A stretch of 64,000 nt of DNA from an uncultured Deferribacteres bacterium (GTDB lineage Bacteria; Zhuqueibacterota; Zhuqueibacteria; Zhuqueibacterales; Geothermadaptataceae), in contig CAXHAT010000007.1 in assembly GCA_964014485.1 (NCBI GenBank), forward strand, positions 11,928 through 75,927. Reading direction: 5' to 3'. Within the stretch, counting starts at the first letter, position 1. Each line of letters starts with the position of its first letter. The notes under the pieces were generated by a model. That model was given only the letters and a program-made list of their open reading frames with translations, made no database searches and was not told where the DNA came from. Position numbers and translations under genes: made by a program. Of the stretch, positions 8,926 to 18,710 are shown one piece after another.

Positions 8926-10329
8926 TTAGTTGCCGACAAGCAATTTTTCCGGATCCCAATTCACAATGCGCTGATCGGCGTAAGCCGTGTTTGTGAGAAC
9001 GGCGGGCGCCGCGGCACGCAAACCATACGTCGCATCTTCTTCCACCTTGCCGTTTTCGCGAATCGCCGAAAAGAAATTGTAAAAATGATCCAGCCGCGCA
9101 TCGTAACCTTCGGGCGTTTGATACTCGCTCACACCGGTTACAGCGGACTCCGGTTTGCCTTGCGCCGCCTTCATTTGGCGATATTCTTCGACAAAGTCTC
9201 GCTGCGTCGCTTCAGAAAAAGTACGCACGGAGTTATACCCTTCGACATATTCCTGCTCAGTACGTTTATATTGCCCGCGCTTTTCCAGCGTGAGACGCGA
9301 ACCCTGGATGCGCATCATGCCTTCGCTGCCAATGATGAGCGTTCCCGAAGGGCCGCTGCTATTGTCGACGAAATTTGCAGTCAGCGCAAGAGTAAACGCA
9401 GGGTGCGCCTTTGCTTGGGGGAAATCAAAAAGACCGGCAATTACGTCGGGAACGTCTCTGCCGTCCTTCCAAAACCGCAGCCCGCCCATAGCTGAAATGC
9501 GCGTCGGGCCGTGCGAAGTCAAAATATGGTGAACGGCGGAAAAAAGGTGGACGAAAAGGTCGCCGGGAATCCCCGTGCCGTAGTCAGTATAGTTGCGCCA
9601 GCGGAAAAAACGCGTCGCATCGAACGGTCGCTTTGGCGCTTCGCCAAGAAAACGCTCCCAATCGACGTTTTGCGGGGAAGCGTCCGGAGGGATGGAATAT
9701 TGCCACGCGCCGACGTCTGAATTGCGCCGAAAGCTGGCTTCAATGAAATTCAGTTCGCCAATTGCACCTTCTTCAAAAAGCTGCCGGGCTTTGTCATTCA
9801 AAATTGAACTCACGCCCTGACTGCCGACTTCCAGTACTTTGCCTGTTTTTTTCTCAGCTTCAATGACGCGCCGCCCTTCTTCCGGCGTGCGCACCATCGG
9901 CTTTTCGCAATAGACGTGTTTTTCCGCTTCCATCGCGTCGATTGCAATTTGAGCGTGCCAGTGGTCGGAAGTCGCGACGATGACCGCATCGACGTCGTCG
10001 CGCTGTAAGATTTCGCGATAGTCACGTGTTGTAAAAATATGCGAGCCGTAGACTTCTTGCGCTCGCGTTCTCCTGCCGTCGTAAAGATCGGCAACGGCAA
10101 CGAGCTCAACGCCCGGAACGCGCAAGGCCGTCTCAGTATCGATAAATCCGATAATGCCCATACCAATCGTCGCCAAGCGGATTTTATCGTTAGCCGTGTA
10201 GCGCTTTGGCTCTAAAAATTGCTGTGAAGTTTTTGCTTTGAGTATTGTCGGCGTGATCGCGGCAGAAGCTGAACCGGCGGCGACGGTCTTGATAAATTGA
10301 CGACGTGAGCGATTTTTTTTAGACGACAT
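8926..10329 (-). CDS. Tat-exported Gfo/Idh/MocA oxidoreductase
   Basis: SRRQFIK twin-arginine signal, IGMGIIG Rossmann motif, TSDHWHA and HVYCEKP. Confidence 0.92.
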   Translation of the reverse strand: MSSKKNRSRRQFIKTVAAGSASAAITPTILKAKTSQQFLEPKRYTANDKIRLATIGMGIIGFIDTETALRVPGVELVAVADLYDGRRTRAQEVYGSHIFTTRDYREILQRDDVDAVIVATSDHWHAQIAIDAMEAEKHVYCEKPMVRTPEEGRRVIEAEKKTGKVLEVGSQGVSSILNDKARQLFEEGAIGELNFIEASFRRNSDVGAWQYSIPPDASPQNVDWERFLGEAPKRPFDATRFFRWRNYTDYGTGIPGDLFVHLFSAVHHILTSHGPTRISAMGGLRFWKDGRDVPDVIAGLFDFPQAKAHPAFTLALTANFVDNSSGPSGTLIIGSEGMMRIQGSRLTLEKRGQYKRTEQEYVEGYNSVRTFSEATQRDFVEEYRQMKAAQGKPESAVTGVSEYQTPEGYDARLDHFYNFFSAIRENGKVEEDATYGLRAAAPAVLTNTAYADQRIVNWDPEKLLVGN

Positions 10330-10355
10330 TTGAATTCCCTGAGAGCATCGAATCT

Positions 10356-12275
10356 CTATTTGATTTGAATCTCATCCACAAACAGCCAAGCTTTTCCTCC
10401 AGCGCCAGGATGCCATGCCGGACACTCGCCGGTGTTTTTTGCTCGAATCCGAACAAAGCGAGCGCGCTTGGCGATTCCTTCCTTAACGACCTCCTGAACC
10501 ATTCTTTCTTCCTTCGAGGCTTCCGCCTGAAAATGTGCAACGTTTTGAAATGATTCACCATTTTCAGACACATCAAACGCGACTTCAGCGGGCGAAAATA
10601 TCCAGGCCGGAATATTCTGTAAAAAACTAACGGAAATATTTTTTATTTCCACGACTTCTCCGAGATCAATCAAAGCTTCCAGGTCATCGCCTTCAAATCC
10701 CAGCCAATGTTGTCGAAAATCGTCCTTTTGCCCCAATCGTCCGTCGATGAGCGAGCGCGCGCCAAGCGCCGGATATTTGGGACTGTTTGCGATTGATAAT
10801 TTGACCGACTTACCAACTGCGTTGTGTGAAACTTTCGGGCCGCGCGGCGCAGGCTTGCCCCAATTTTCTAGGCCGATATCCAATTCGTCGCCGCGAATTT
10901 TCATCTCATGCCGTAAAATTTCCCGCAATTGAGTCAGACGCCCCGCCGCCGCAGGATCATCGGCGAGGTTTTTCGTTTCAGATGGATCAACATTCAAATC
11001 AAACAATTGCGTCGTTTCAACGCCGTTCACAAAATATTTGATCAGCTTCCAATTGTCATGTGTTCGAACGCCGCGTTGAAAATCGTAATAAAGAAAAAAC
11101 GCGTTTTCTCTCAGAAAAGCATTTTCCTGACGTAAAATCGGTGCCAGACTTTTTCCTTGAACAGTCTCAGGGATCGACGTTTCGCTCATTTCACACAAGG
11201 TTGGGAACAGATCGAAAAGATAGGCGAATTGTTCCCGCTTTTCTCCAGCCGGAACGCCCGGCCCGGCCATAATCATTGGAATGCGCACGCTGTGTTCGTA
11301 CAGGTTTTGTTTGCCCAACAAGCCGTGCTGCCCGACGGCAAGTCCGTTGTCTCCAGCGAAAACGATGATTGTGTTTTCCAGTTGCCCGGACGCTTCCAGC
11401 GCGTCCAAAATGCGTCCGATTTGCGCGTCGACCTCGCTGATCATGGCGTAATATTCGGCGATTTCTTTTTTGATCATCTCCGGTGTTCGCGGCCAGGGAA
11501 GCAGCTTCTCGTCCCGCAGGCGCAAATCGCCGTTATTGAAAGGATGTTCAGGCATGAAGTTCGGCGGCAGGGAGATTTTTGCCGGATCGTAAAGTTTGCG
11601 AAACTCTTGCGGCGCGGTGCGCGGATCATGCGGAGAAGTGAATGAAACATAGGCGAAAAATGGTTCATCGCCGTCTTTTTGCCGTTCGATAAAATCTATT
11701 GCCGCGTCCGCATATGTTTCGCTGGAAAATTTGTCGGCTTGAAATCGCGCTTCGTTGGGATATTCGCCGTTTTCATCGAAATGGTGCAGCCAGGGACGCT
11801 CGTGCCCGCCGTCCTTTGGCCAGTGCATACCGCCAAAATAAATGTTGTCGCCGTTTGAAAAAGCGCGTGCGAAATCGTGGCGGCTTTGGTGCCATTTTCC
11901 TGTTGCGAAAGTCGCGTAACCTTGCTCGGCAAAGTGCTCAGGCATCATTTTATGTTCTTCTGGGATGTACCCCCCGGAACGCACGATCCCCAACGCATGG
12001 CGACCTGTCATCAGCATGGCGCGGCTTGGGGCGCAGACGGCGCCGCTGTAGCCAACCATGACATGCGCTCGTGTAAACGCCGTGCCCATCGCTGCCAGAC
12101 GATCCATGTTTGGCGTGTGAATTTCATTATTTCCGAGAGCACGGATTGTGTCGAAGCGCTGATCGTCGGTGAAAAGAATGAGAATATTCGGCGGGCTGCT
12201 CTTCGATGCGCAGGAAAGGTGGAGCGACAGCAAAAAAAGTGTGATGACGGAACTTGGAAAGTTGGATTTCATCAA
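10356..12275 (-). CDS. Cys-type sulfatase lipoprotein with C-terminal discoidin/F5-8-like domain
   Basis: PNILILFTDDQ, CAPSRAMLMTGR, GKWH, GDNG and GKQNLYE; C-terminal WLGFEG...IDLGE...WLFVDEI; lipobox-like HLSC. Confidence 0.92.
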   Translation of the reverse strand: MMKSNFPSSVITLFLLSLHLSCASKSSPPNILILFTDDQRFDTIRALGNNEIHTPNMDRLAAMGTAFTRAHVMVGYSGAVCAPSRAMLMTGRHALGIVRSGGYIPEEHKMMPEHFAEQGYATFATGKWHQSRHDFARAFSNGDNIYFGGMHWPKDGGHERPWLHHFDENGEYPNEARFQADKFSSETYADAAIDFIERQKDGDEPFFAYVSFTSPHDPRTAPQEFRKLYDPAKISLPPNFMPEHPFNNGDLRLRDEKLLPWPRTPEMIKKEIAEYYAMISEVDAQIGRILDALEASGQLENTIIVFAGDNGLAVGQHGLLGKQNLYEHSVRIPMIMAGPGVPAGEKREQFAYLFDLFPTLCEMSETSIPETVQGKSLAPILRQENAFLRENAFFLYYDFQRGVRTHDNWKLIKYFVNGVETTQLFDLNVDPSETKNLADDPAAAGRLTQLREILRHEMKIRGDELDIGLENWGKPAPRGPKVSHNAVGKSVKLSIANSPKYPALGARSLIDGRLGQKDDFRQHWLGFEGDDLEALIDLGEVVEIKNISVSFLQNIPAWIFSPAEVAFDVSENGESFQNVAHFQAEASKEERMVQEVVKEGIAKRARFVRIRAKNTGECPAWHPGAGGKAWLFVDEIQIK

Positions 12276-12432
12276 TCAGGCTTAAGTATCAATTTTGGCT
12301 GTTTTTCAATCGCCGCAGAGGGGCCGGGTGAAAAGCGTCATGTATTGAACTGGAAAATTGACAGGCAGCGTGCAAACAGAAATTCACGAGTGGAACGATG
12401 TTGCCGGGCGATTGAAAGCTTTTTGACGGTTC

Positions 12433-12641
12433 ACTACCTGACACTTTTTGATGCTGTGAGTTCATGTCACCCCATTCGGGGTTTCAGGGAAGATTTTTGG
12501 CGCATTTTCTATAATCATTCCACCCCTGTCGGGGTTTTTGCCGCCTGAAAACCCCGACAGGGGTGAAATGATTATAGAAAAATCCGAACCAAATCATCTT
12601 TACCAAACTCCGAAGGAGTGATATAAAAAGTGTCAGGTAGT
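12433..12641. mobile_element. MITE-like element, shell A, carrying four ACCCC..GGGGT REP hairpins
   Basis: Perfect 17-bp TIR ACTACCTGACACTTTTT / AAAAAGTGTCAGGTAGT. Inner 34-bp inverted repeat (12505-12538 vs 12548-12581, 33/34 match). Outer REPs near 12464 and 12605. Confidence 0.8.
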
Positions 12642-12687
12642 AAATTCGGCGGTCAAAAAACTGAAGCATTCCAGAAAACACAAATAA

Positions 12688-13512
12688 TCAGGACGCTTTT
12701 CTCTGTTCGTTGCGATGGAGAAAGGGCGCTTTTTCCATATTTTGACTGATGTACGCATCGACGGCTTTTGAAGAAGGGGCGTCAGAATACGCCAGATCGG
12801 TCGGGATTTGCAGCGAAAAAACGTTGCCGCTTTCTTCCTGGACAATCCTTTGGCTCAAAAGAAAAAGAAGCCTCTCTTGAATCACATCATCGAATTCCGG
12901 CGAGAACGCAGCTTCAGAATGACGATTGATAAATTCTTCCGCTCGTTGAATCTCATATTTTTCCTTTTGAGTCGGTACGGCCGGCTTCTCAATTTTGGGC
13001 GCTTGAACTAGTTCGTGCGATGGCCTGAGAGTCGTCAAATACAATGCGTTTTCCTTGGCCCAGATTGCAGCAGTACATTGTTCTTTTTCCAGATGTATTT
13101 CCGCCAGGCCAAACGTTTTTGCGTTAAGAAGCGCCTCTCTTAAAATTTTGTACTCCTGAGCTGCGTTTTGCTCTGGAGAAAGAAGAAAAGAGTCGCGGAA
13201 ATAGTAGGGATCAACCGCCGTCTTCTTGACGAACTTGTCGATTGAAATCGTTTTCGCGCTTTTCGCCGCCGCCAACTCAAAATCTTCCTGTTCGACTTGC
13301 AAAAATCTGTCTTTGCCGATTTTTACTCCCAGCGCGATTTCTCTCTCCGGAACCGTTCCGTGCTCCGGGCATGATCTGCTCAGTGACGCAGGCGCGGAGC
13401 AAGACTTGTGGAGCGCATCAAACTGAATGCCGCTGGACTGATGTGCTGAAACGAGCTTGACCGGAATTTCAAATCGATCAAAACGCAAAACCCCGTCCCA
13501 GAAAGTGTCCAT
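12688..13512 (-). CDS. ku: Ku-like NHEJ DNA end-binding protein (divergent)
   Basis: WDGVLRF..FEIPVKLVSA, HKSC..CPEHG bridge, KTISIDKFV and VDPYYF; ATG at 13512 follows AAGGAGGG. Confidence 0.8.
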   Translation of the reverse strand: MDTFWDGVLRFDRFEIPVKLVSAHQSSGIQFDALHKSCSAPASLSRSCPEHGTVPEREIALGVKIGKDRFLQVEQEDFELAAAKSAKTISIDKFVKKTAVDPYYFRDSFLLSPEQNAAQEYKILREALLNAKTFGLAEIHLEKEQCTAAIWAKENALYLTTLRPSHELVQAPKIEKPAVPTQKEKYEIQRAEEFINRHSEAAFSPEFDDVIQERLLFLLSQRIVQEESGNVFSLQIPTDLAYSDAPSSKAVDAYISQNMEKAPFLHRNEQRKAS

Positions 13513-13758
13513 ATTACCCTCCTTGAATAATGGCATTAGCTCAATTAAAGAGAAGTGGAAAAATTGTCAAGCGCGAATAGCCGTAAACGCTTGCATTTAG
13601 CGCAAGGCGGCTTCATATAAGCAAAGGTGTTTTTTCAGAGCGGAGACGACGAAGCATGTGGCGAATTTGGTGGACAAAAGGTCAAAAATTATACCGATGT
13701 TCACCGTTTGTTGCAAGCATTTTTTTCTGTAATGCGAAATATTTTCAGAGGTGACGGT

Positions 13759-14565
13759 ATGCAAAAAGCGCAGGGATTTTTTATAGTAATTTTTCTAGGC
13801 AGTTTTTGGATGGCTTGTGAAAAATCGGCGGAGACCGGTGCGTTTAACGGTCGTTGGATCGATTTAACGTATGAATATTCTGAAGAAACAATCTACTGGC
13901 CGACCGCTGACGGGTTTCAGCTCGAGATCGTTTCGGCGGGCATGACCGAAGCGGGTTATTATTACGCCGCCAATAATTTGTGCACCGCTGAACACGGCGG
14001 CACCCACCTTGATTCGCCGATCCATTTTGCGGAAGGTCAATGGACGACGGAGCAAATCCCGCTGGACAATCTGACCGGCTTTGCCGTGGTCGTCGATGTT
14101 TCGGAAAAGGCGGTGAACAACCGGGATTATCTTTTATCGACCGAGGATTTCGAAAATTGGGAGAAACAAAACGGCAAAATCCCGGATGACGCCATCGTTT
14201 TGCTCCGTTTTGGCTACGGGAAATATTGGCCGGATCGGCTGGGGTACCTGGGAACGGAAATGACTGGCCCGGAAGCCGTCGCTGAATTGCATTTTCCGGG
14301 ACTGGATCCGGAAGCGGCGAAATGGTTGGTTACAGAGCGCCAAATCAAGGCAATTGGGTTGGACACGCCGAGCATTGATTTCGGCCAATCCAAGCTTTTC
14401 GAGAGTCACAGGATTTTATTCGAAAAAAACATCCCCGCTTTTGAAAACGTGGCCAATCTTGATCAATTGCCGGTGCAAGGCGCATACATCGTTGCATTGC
14501 CGATGAAAATCAAAGGCGGCAGCGGCGCGCCGTTGCGCATTATCGCGTTTTTACAGGATAAGTAG
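13759..14565 (+). CDS. Cyclase-family (kynurenine formamidase-like) metal hydrolase, probable lipoprotein
   Basis: EHGGTHLDSPIHF, IGLDTPSID and ALPMKIKGGSGAPLR motifs; signal peptide ending in WMAC. Confidence 0.9.
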   Translation: MQKAQGFFIVIFLGSFWMACEKSAETGAFNGRWIDLTYEYSEETIYWPTADGFQLEIVSAGMTEAGYYYAANNLCTAEHGGTHLDSPIHFAEGQWTTEQIPLDNLTGFAVVVDVSEKAVNNRDYLLSTEDFENWEKQNGKIPDDAIVLLRFGYGKYWPDRLGYLGTEMTGPEAVAELHFPGLDPEAAKWLVTERQIKAIGLDTPSIDFGQSKLFESHRILFEKNIPAFENVANLDQLPVQGAYIVALPMKIKGGSGAPLRIIAFLQDK

Positions 14566-14609
14566 TAGTGTCGGGGGCGCGATTTGCTGGATTTCCGGCT
14601 GTTTAGTTA

Positions 14610-15061
14610 CTGATGTTACGCGCGCCTCGTTTGGCGTGCGTGATCAAAGCCCGTAGGCAACTATTGATTCTCATTAGCTCCGTTCTTCAGAGCGGAGATA
14701 TTTGAGGACGGCTGTCCCTTGTCCCTCTCTTCCGCCGCGTCAGCGCGGCGGAAGAGAAGGAAGTGGGCGTTCTGCGCTTCACCGGGCTGAAGCCTAATGT
14801 CACTAACTTTTTGTGATTTTGAACTTAAACAAGTCTTGATAATGGTCACCACAGGGCAAGCTGAAGCTTGAACTACAAACGACAGTGCTTCTCTTACGCT
14901 CAGAGTAGAAGGATGTACGGTGGTTTGTAGTTCAAACTTTAGTTTGTTTGAGCGTAACCAAAGCAAAAAGTTAGTGACATTGGGCTGAAGCCCGGCGCTA
15001 ATGAGACAAGATTTGCCCCGAGACTTAGGATATGCGTTGCCGCGCGTAACATCAGTATCAG
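14610..15061. mobile_element. MITE-like element, shell B, with CTCATTAGC-type REP doublet and a nested insertion
   Basis: Perfect 15-bp TIR CTGATGTTACGCGCG / CGCGCGTAACATCAG plus a 6-bp terminal duplication. 7-bp flanking direct repeat TTAGTTA at 14603-14609 and 15062-15068. Homologous to 48911-49194. Confidence 0.82.
14795..14982. mobile_element. Nested MITE, shell C, carrying a GTAGTTCAA REP doublet
   Basis: TIR TAATGTCACTAACTTTTTG / CAAAAAGTTAGTGACATTG (18/19 match). 10-bp TSD GGCTGAAGCC at 14785-14794 and 14983-14992. Confidence 0.87.
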
Positions 15062-15065
15062 TTAG

Positions 15066-16913
15066 TTATCGGGACGAAGGTCTCAAAACGGCAAGTTGCA
15101 ATGCAGGCACGGTGATGACGCATTTGCCTGATTCAACGCTGAAGGTCTCGCCTGAAATCAAATCTTCGAAGGCAGTCGTTCCCTCCGCGGCATCGATTTC
15201 GATGCTTTGGGCGTCGTTGTTGTTGATGATCACGAACCGCTCTTCACCGGCGAGCGTTCTTTTGTAACCGACAATCTTACGCTCATTGTCGATTTTGAAA
15301 AACGCCAACTCACCGACGGAAAAAACGCGGTCTGATTTTCGAATTGCGATCAGTTTTTTGTACCAATCGAACAAGTCCTGATTGAATTCAACCGTATCGC
15401 GCGGGCGCTGCTTGCCTTGCGGATGCGTCGTTTCATCGTCGTACTCGAATTCCGGCCAAACCATCGGCTTGCGACAGTCCGGGTCGTCGCCGCCCCACAT
15501 GCCGGCTTCGTCGCCGTAATAAACCATCGGCGCGCCGGGCATGGTCATTTGAATGCCGACGATCAACTTGTGCTTTTGCACTTCTTCGGCGTTTGGCTTG
15601 CGAACGTCGTAATTGTTCTGCGGCTCTGGCTTGGCGTCATGATCATACCAGCGATCCGGATTGACGACTTGCGAATTAACGCGGTCAACGTCGTGGCTGG
15701 CCATGAGATTTTGCAGGACGTGGTAATTTTCGGAGTGATAATCGGCGCGGATTTGCCGCATTTTGTCTGCGAAAGTTTGCGCGGAGATTTGCGTTTTTTG
15801 ATCGATGACAAATTGCTTGACCGCCGCCGCGAAACGATAATTCATCACGGCGTCATAAGCGCGCCCGTCCAGCCACGGCGCGGCGTTGAACATCTTGTTT
15901 TTGGGCCAATCTTCCCACCACAACTCGCCAGTGATATAGGCGTCGGGATTGATCTCCTTGACCCAGCCCCTGAATTTGTGCCAAAACTTAAGTTCGACCA
16001 TTTCCGAAACGTCCAGCCGCCAGCCGTCAATGCCGTCCGATGGATCGCCGTCGCCGTTTGGATCCATCCAGCGTTTTAAAATGTTACGGACGTGCTCTTG
16101 AAAAGCCGGGACAAAACCGTTTTCGTTTTCACGAATTTCAGGCAAAGTGCGCACGCCGAACCAGCCTTCGTAATCGAACTCGCTTGTATCGCTAGTGGCG
16201 GGATCATCCCAGGCTTTGACCGTAAACCAGTCTTTGTATTTTGAATTCTGCTGGTTTTCGACCAAGTCCTGAAACGCCCAAAAAGTGGAGCCGACGTGGT
16301 TCCAGACGCCGTCGATGATAACGCGGATGCCGCGCTTGTGACATTCGTCCAGAAGTTTGAGAAAAAGCTTGTCCGCCGCCGTCCATTGCCAAGTCGCCGG
16401 ATCAGCCGGGTCTTCCTGCTCCCAAAGCGCGCGGTCTTTTTCCGGCTCCGGGCCAAAATTGTTGTCAATATGACGATAAAGCGAAGCGTCGTATTTGTGC
16501 AGCGAAGGTGATTCGAAAAGCGGGTTAAAGTAGATCCCCGTGACGCCCAACTCTTGCAGATAATCAAGCTTGTCCAGAACCCCCTGAAGATCGCCGCCGT
16601 ATCGACGATGACCGGATTCCCAGTAGAAGCCGCGACCGGTGACATTTTCCCACGGCTGCAATTTATACCAGTCAGAAGTCCAGGGATGAACCTGCCAATC
16701 TTCGCTGGGCGGAAAATCGGGCCACGAGCCTTTCATTTCTCTGGTCGTCGGATCGTTGCTCGGATCGCCGTTGTGAAAGCGTTCCGGGAAAATCTGGTAC
16801 CAAACAACCTCTTTGGCCCACTGCGGCACGCGATCAGGCGCTTCTGCTTCCTGGGAATTTTGACAACCTAAAAAACCTGCTAAAATCAGCAAAAAACAAA
16901 AACGCCTGTTCAT
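15066..16913 (-). CDS. GH13 alpha-amylase family glycosidase (neopullulanase/cyclomaltodextrinase-like), lipoprotein
   Basis: WYQIFPERF, YGGDLQG, DGVWNH, IDGWRLDV, GELW, ASHD and YYGDEAG; lipobox FLGC. Confidence 0.93.
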   Translation of the reverse strand: MNRRFCFLLILAGFLGCQNSQEAEAPDRVPQWAKEVVWYQIFPERFHNGDPSNDPTTREMKGSWPDFPPSEDWQVHPWTSDWYKLQPWENVTGRGFYWESGHRRYGGDLQGVLDKLDYLQELGVTGIYFNPLFESPSLHKYDASLYRHIDNNFGPEPEKDRALWEQEDPADPATWQWTAADKLFLKLLDECHKRGIRVIIDGVWNHVGSTFWAFQDLVENQQNSKYKDWFTVKAWDDPATSDTSEFDYEGWFGVRTLPEIRENENGFVPAFQEHVRNILKRWMDPNGDGDPSDGIDGWRLDVSEMVELKFWHKFRGWVKEINPDAYITGELWWEDWPKNKMFNAAPWLDGRAYDAVMNYRFAAAVKQFVIDQKTQISAQTFADKMRQIRADYHSENYHVLQNLMASHDVDRVNSQVVNPDRWYDHDAKPEPQNNYDVRKPNAEEVQKHKLIVGIQMTMPGAPMVYYGDEAGMWGGDDPDCRKPMVWPEFEYDDETTHPQGKQRPRDTVEFNQDLFDWYKKLIAIRKSDRVFSVGELAFFKIDNERKIVGYKRTLAGEERFVIINNNDAQSIEIDAAEGTTAFEDLISGETFSVESGKCVITVPALQLAVLRPSSR

Positions 16914-16922
16914 CTTTCATCC

Positions 16923-18515
16923 CTAATTTTGGTCTACCACTACGAATTCGATTCTACGATTTCTGCGCCTGCCTTCGCGTGTGGAGTTGGGCGCTACCGG
17001 GTTGCGCGGGCCAAAGCCTTCCGATCTGATTCGGCTTGGTTCTATGCCGCGCTCGGCGAGGAAAAACTTCACGGCGTCGGCGCGATCTTGCGACAGTCGC
17101 ATGTTTAATTGCAGACTGCCGGTGTTGTCGGTGTAGCCGTGAATGGCGACGCGCACTTCCGGATTCTGCACCAGCGTGTAATACGCCTGGTCGAGAATTC
17201 TCGCTGACGACGGATCAATTTCCGCGCTGCCGGTGCGAAAAGTCACGCCGTCGAGGATGATGCGTTTGTTTTCTTTGATGTCTAAAACAGGCACGTCGTC
17301 ATCAGCCAACAATGGATTTGAGCCGCGCAGAACTTCCGTCCCGTCGTCGATAGAGCCGCCGTCAGTGTCGTTTTTAAGCGGATCGGTTTTGTGCTGATTG
17401 ACTTCTTCACCGTCTTTCAAGCCGTCCTTGTCGCTGTCACGCTCGAGGGGATTGGTTTTATAACGATTGATTTCATCGGCGTCGTTTAGGCCGTCATTAT
17501 CGGTGTCGGCTTTGCGGGGATGCGTTTTATGAATTTTGATTTCGTCGCCGTCATTGAGGCCGTCTTCGTCTGAGTCGGCTTTGGTCGGGTAGGTGCGCTG
17601 GCGCAGTTCTTCCAAATCATCCAGGCCGTCGCTGTCAGTATCGGCGGACATGGGGTCGGTCTTGGAGCGATTGACCTCAAGGCCGTCCTTAATTTTGTCG
17701 CCGTCTGAGTCGGCCTTTTTCGGATCGGTGCGATATTTTTGAATTTCTTCACCGTCTAAAAGTTCGTCACGGTCCGAGTCGGCCAAAAGCGGGTTCGTTT
17801 TGTGAATGAGTACTTCTTCGCCGTCGTTCAAGCCGTCATCATCGGTGTCGGCCAGCTTGGGATTCGTGCCGTAGCGTTTTTCGTCTTTGGTAAAAAGTCC
17901 GTCTCCGTCAATGTCTCGTTTTTTGCGGAATGTGAAAGTCAAACCGGCGGAGGCGGTGAAAAAATGGTCGTCCTTTGGAAAGACTTCGGTGGCGTCGTAG
18001 AGGTCGTTGAAAGCAAAGTGATAATAAGCCCTGCCGTCAAAAGAAACGACGCTGGAAAACCGAATGCTGATTCCGCCGCCAACCGGCGCCGTCACGAAGT
18101 TTTTGCTTACGTCGAGATTGGGATCAAAATTGACGTTATTGTCGTTGCGCTTAATGTCATAGGTGAAGTATCGTCCCCCTGCGGCAAGGTAGGGTCGGAA
18201 TATTTCCGGGCCGATAATCGCAAAGCGCATGGTCAAGCCAACGCCGTAAAGTCGGGTCAAAAATCGCCGGTCGCCGGTTCGCGCCGCAACTTCGCCTGTG
18301 TTGAAGGAAGGTTCGATGGAAAAGCGGCTGGAAAGAAAATGTTCGAAAAAAAACGTGCCGTAGGGTCGGGGAAGGGGGGCTTTGAAATCATCGCCTTCGT
18401 AATGCGTGCCGCCGGCCTTGAAACCAAAAGACGTCGCTCCTCGCAATCCTTGCGCCGACGCTCCCGTGGAAAGCAGCAGAAGAATGACGAATCCCCGCCC
18501 GATTCGTTTGTTCAT
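16923..18515 (-). CDS. OmpA-family protein: N-terminal beta-barrel, nine Asp-rich Ca-binding repeats, OmpA-like peptidoglycan-binding domain
   Basis: Nine roughly 23-aa DxDxDGLxDxxE..TxP repeats; GYTDNTGS..NMRLSQDRA and RNRRIEF. Confidence 0.92.
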   Translation of the reverse strand: MNKRIGRGFVILLLLSTGASAQGLRGATSFGFKAGGTHYEGDDFKAPLPRPYGTFFFEHFLSSRFSIEPSFNTGEVAARTGDRRFLTRLYGVGLTMRFAIIGPEIFRPYLAAGGRYFTYDIKRNDNNVNFDPNLDVSKNFVTAPVGGGISIRFSSVVSFDGRAYYHFAFNDLYDATEVFPKDDHFFTASAGLTFTFRKKRDIDGDGLFTKDEKRYGTNPKLADTDDDGLNDGEEVLIHKTNPLLADSDRDELLDGEEIQKYRTDPKKADSDGDKIKDGLEVNRSKTDPMSADTDSDGLDDLEELRQRTYPTKADSDEDGLNDGDEIKIHKTHPRKADTDNDGLNDADEINRYKTNPLERDSDKDGLKDGEEVNQHKTDPLKNDTDGGSIDDGTEVLRGSNPLLADDDVPVLDIKENKRIILDGVTFRTGSAEIDPSSARILDQAYYTLVQNPEVRVAIHGYTDNTGSLQLNMRLSQDRADAVKFFLAERGIEPSRIRSEGFGPRNPVAPNSTREGRRRNRRIEFVVVDQN

Positions 18516-18648
18516 GATGTAGCCTCCTGAATTAATAAAATTTCATCCCTGAATGGGCGTAATTCCTGCAAAAATAACAACTTTATCTAAACTTGCAACT
18601 CAAATGTTGCACCAGGGGCGTTGGGCGATCTCCTCAGTCAGCGGCGGC

Positions 18649-18678
18649 TTGACATTCTTTTTCAGCCTCGTTTATTTT
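18649..18678 (+). promoter_or_regulatory. Possible sigma70 promoter
   Basis: TTGACA at 18649-18654 with TTATTT or TATTTT 17-18 nt downstream. Confidence 0.35.
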
Positions 18679-18710
18679 TTTGAAAGCGTGCAACATCATT
18701 GGAAAAATTG

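Noticed and set aside
16923..18515. Asp-rich repeats in the OmpA protein as a novel repeat system
   Set aside because: This is a familiar Ca-binding repeat plus OmpA architecture.
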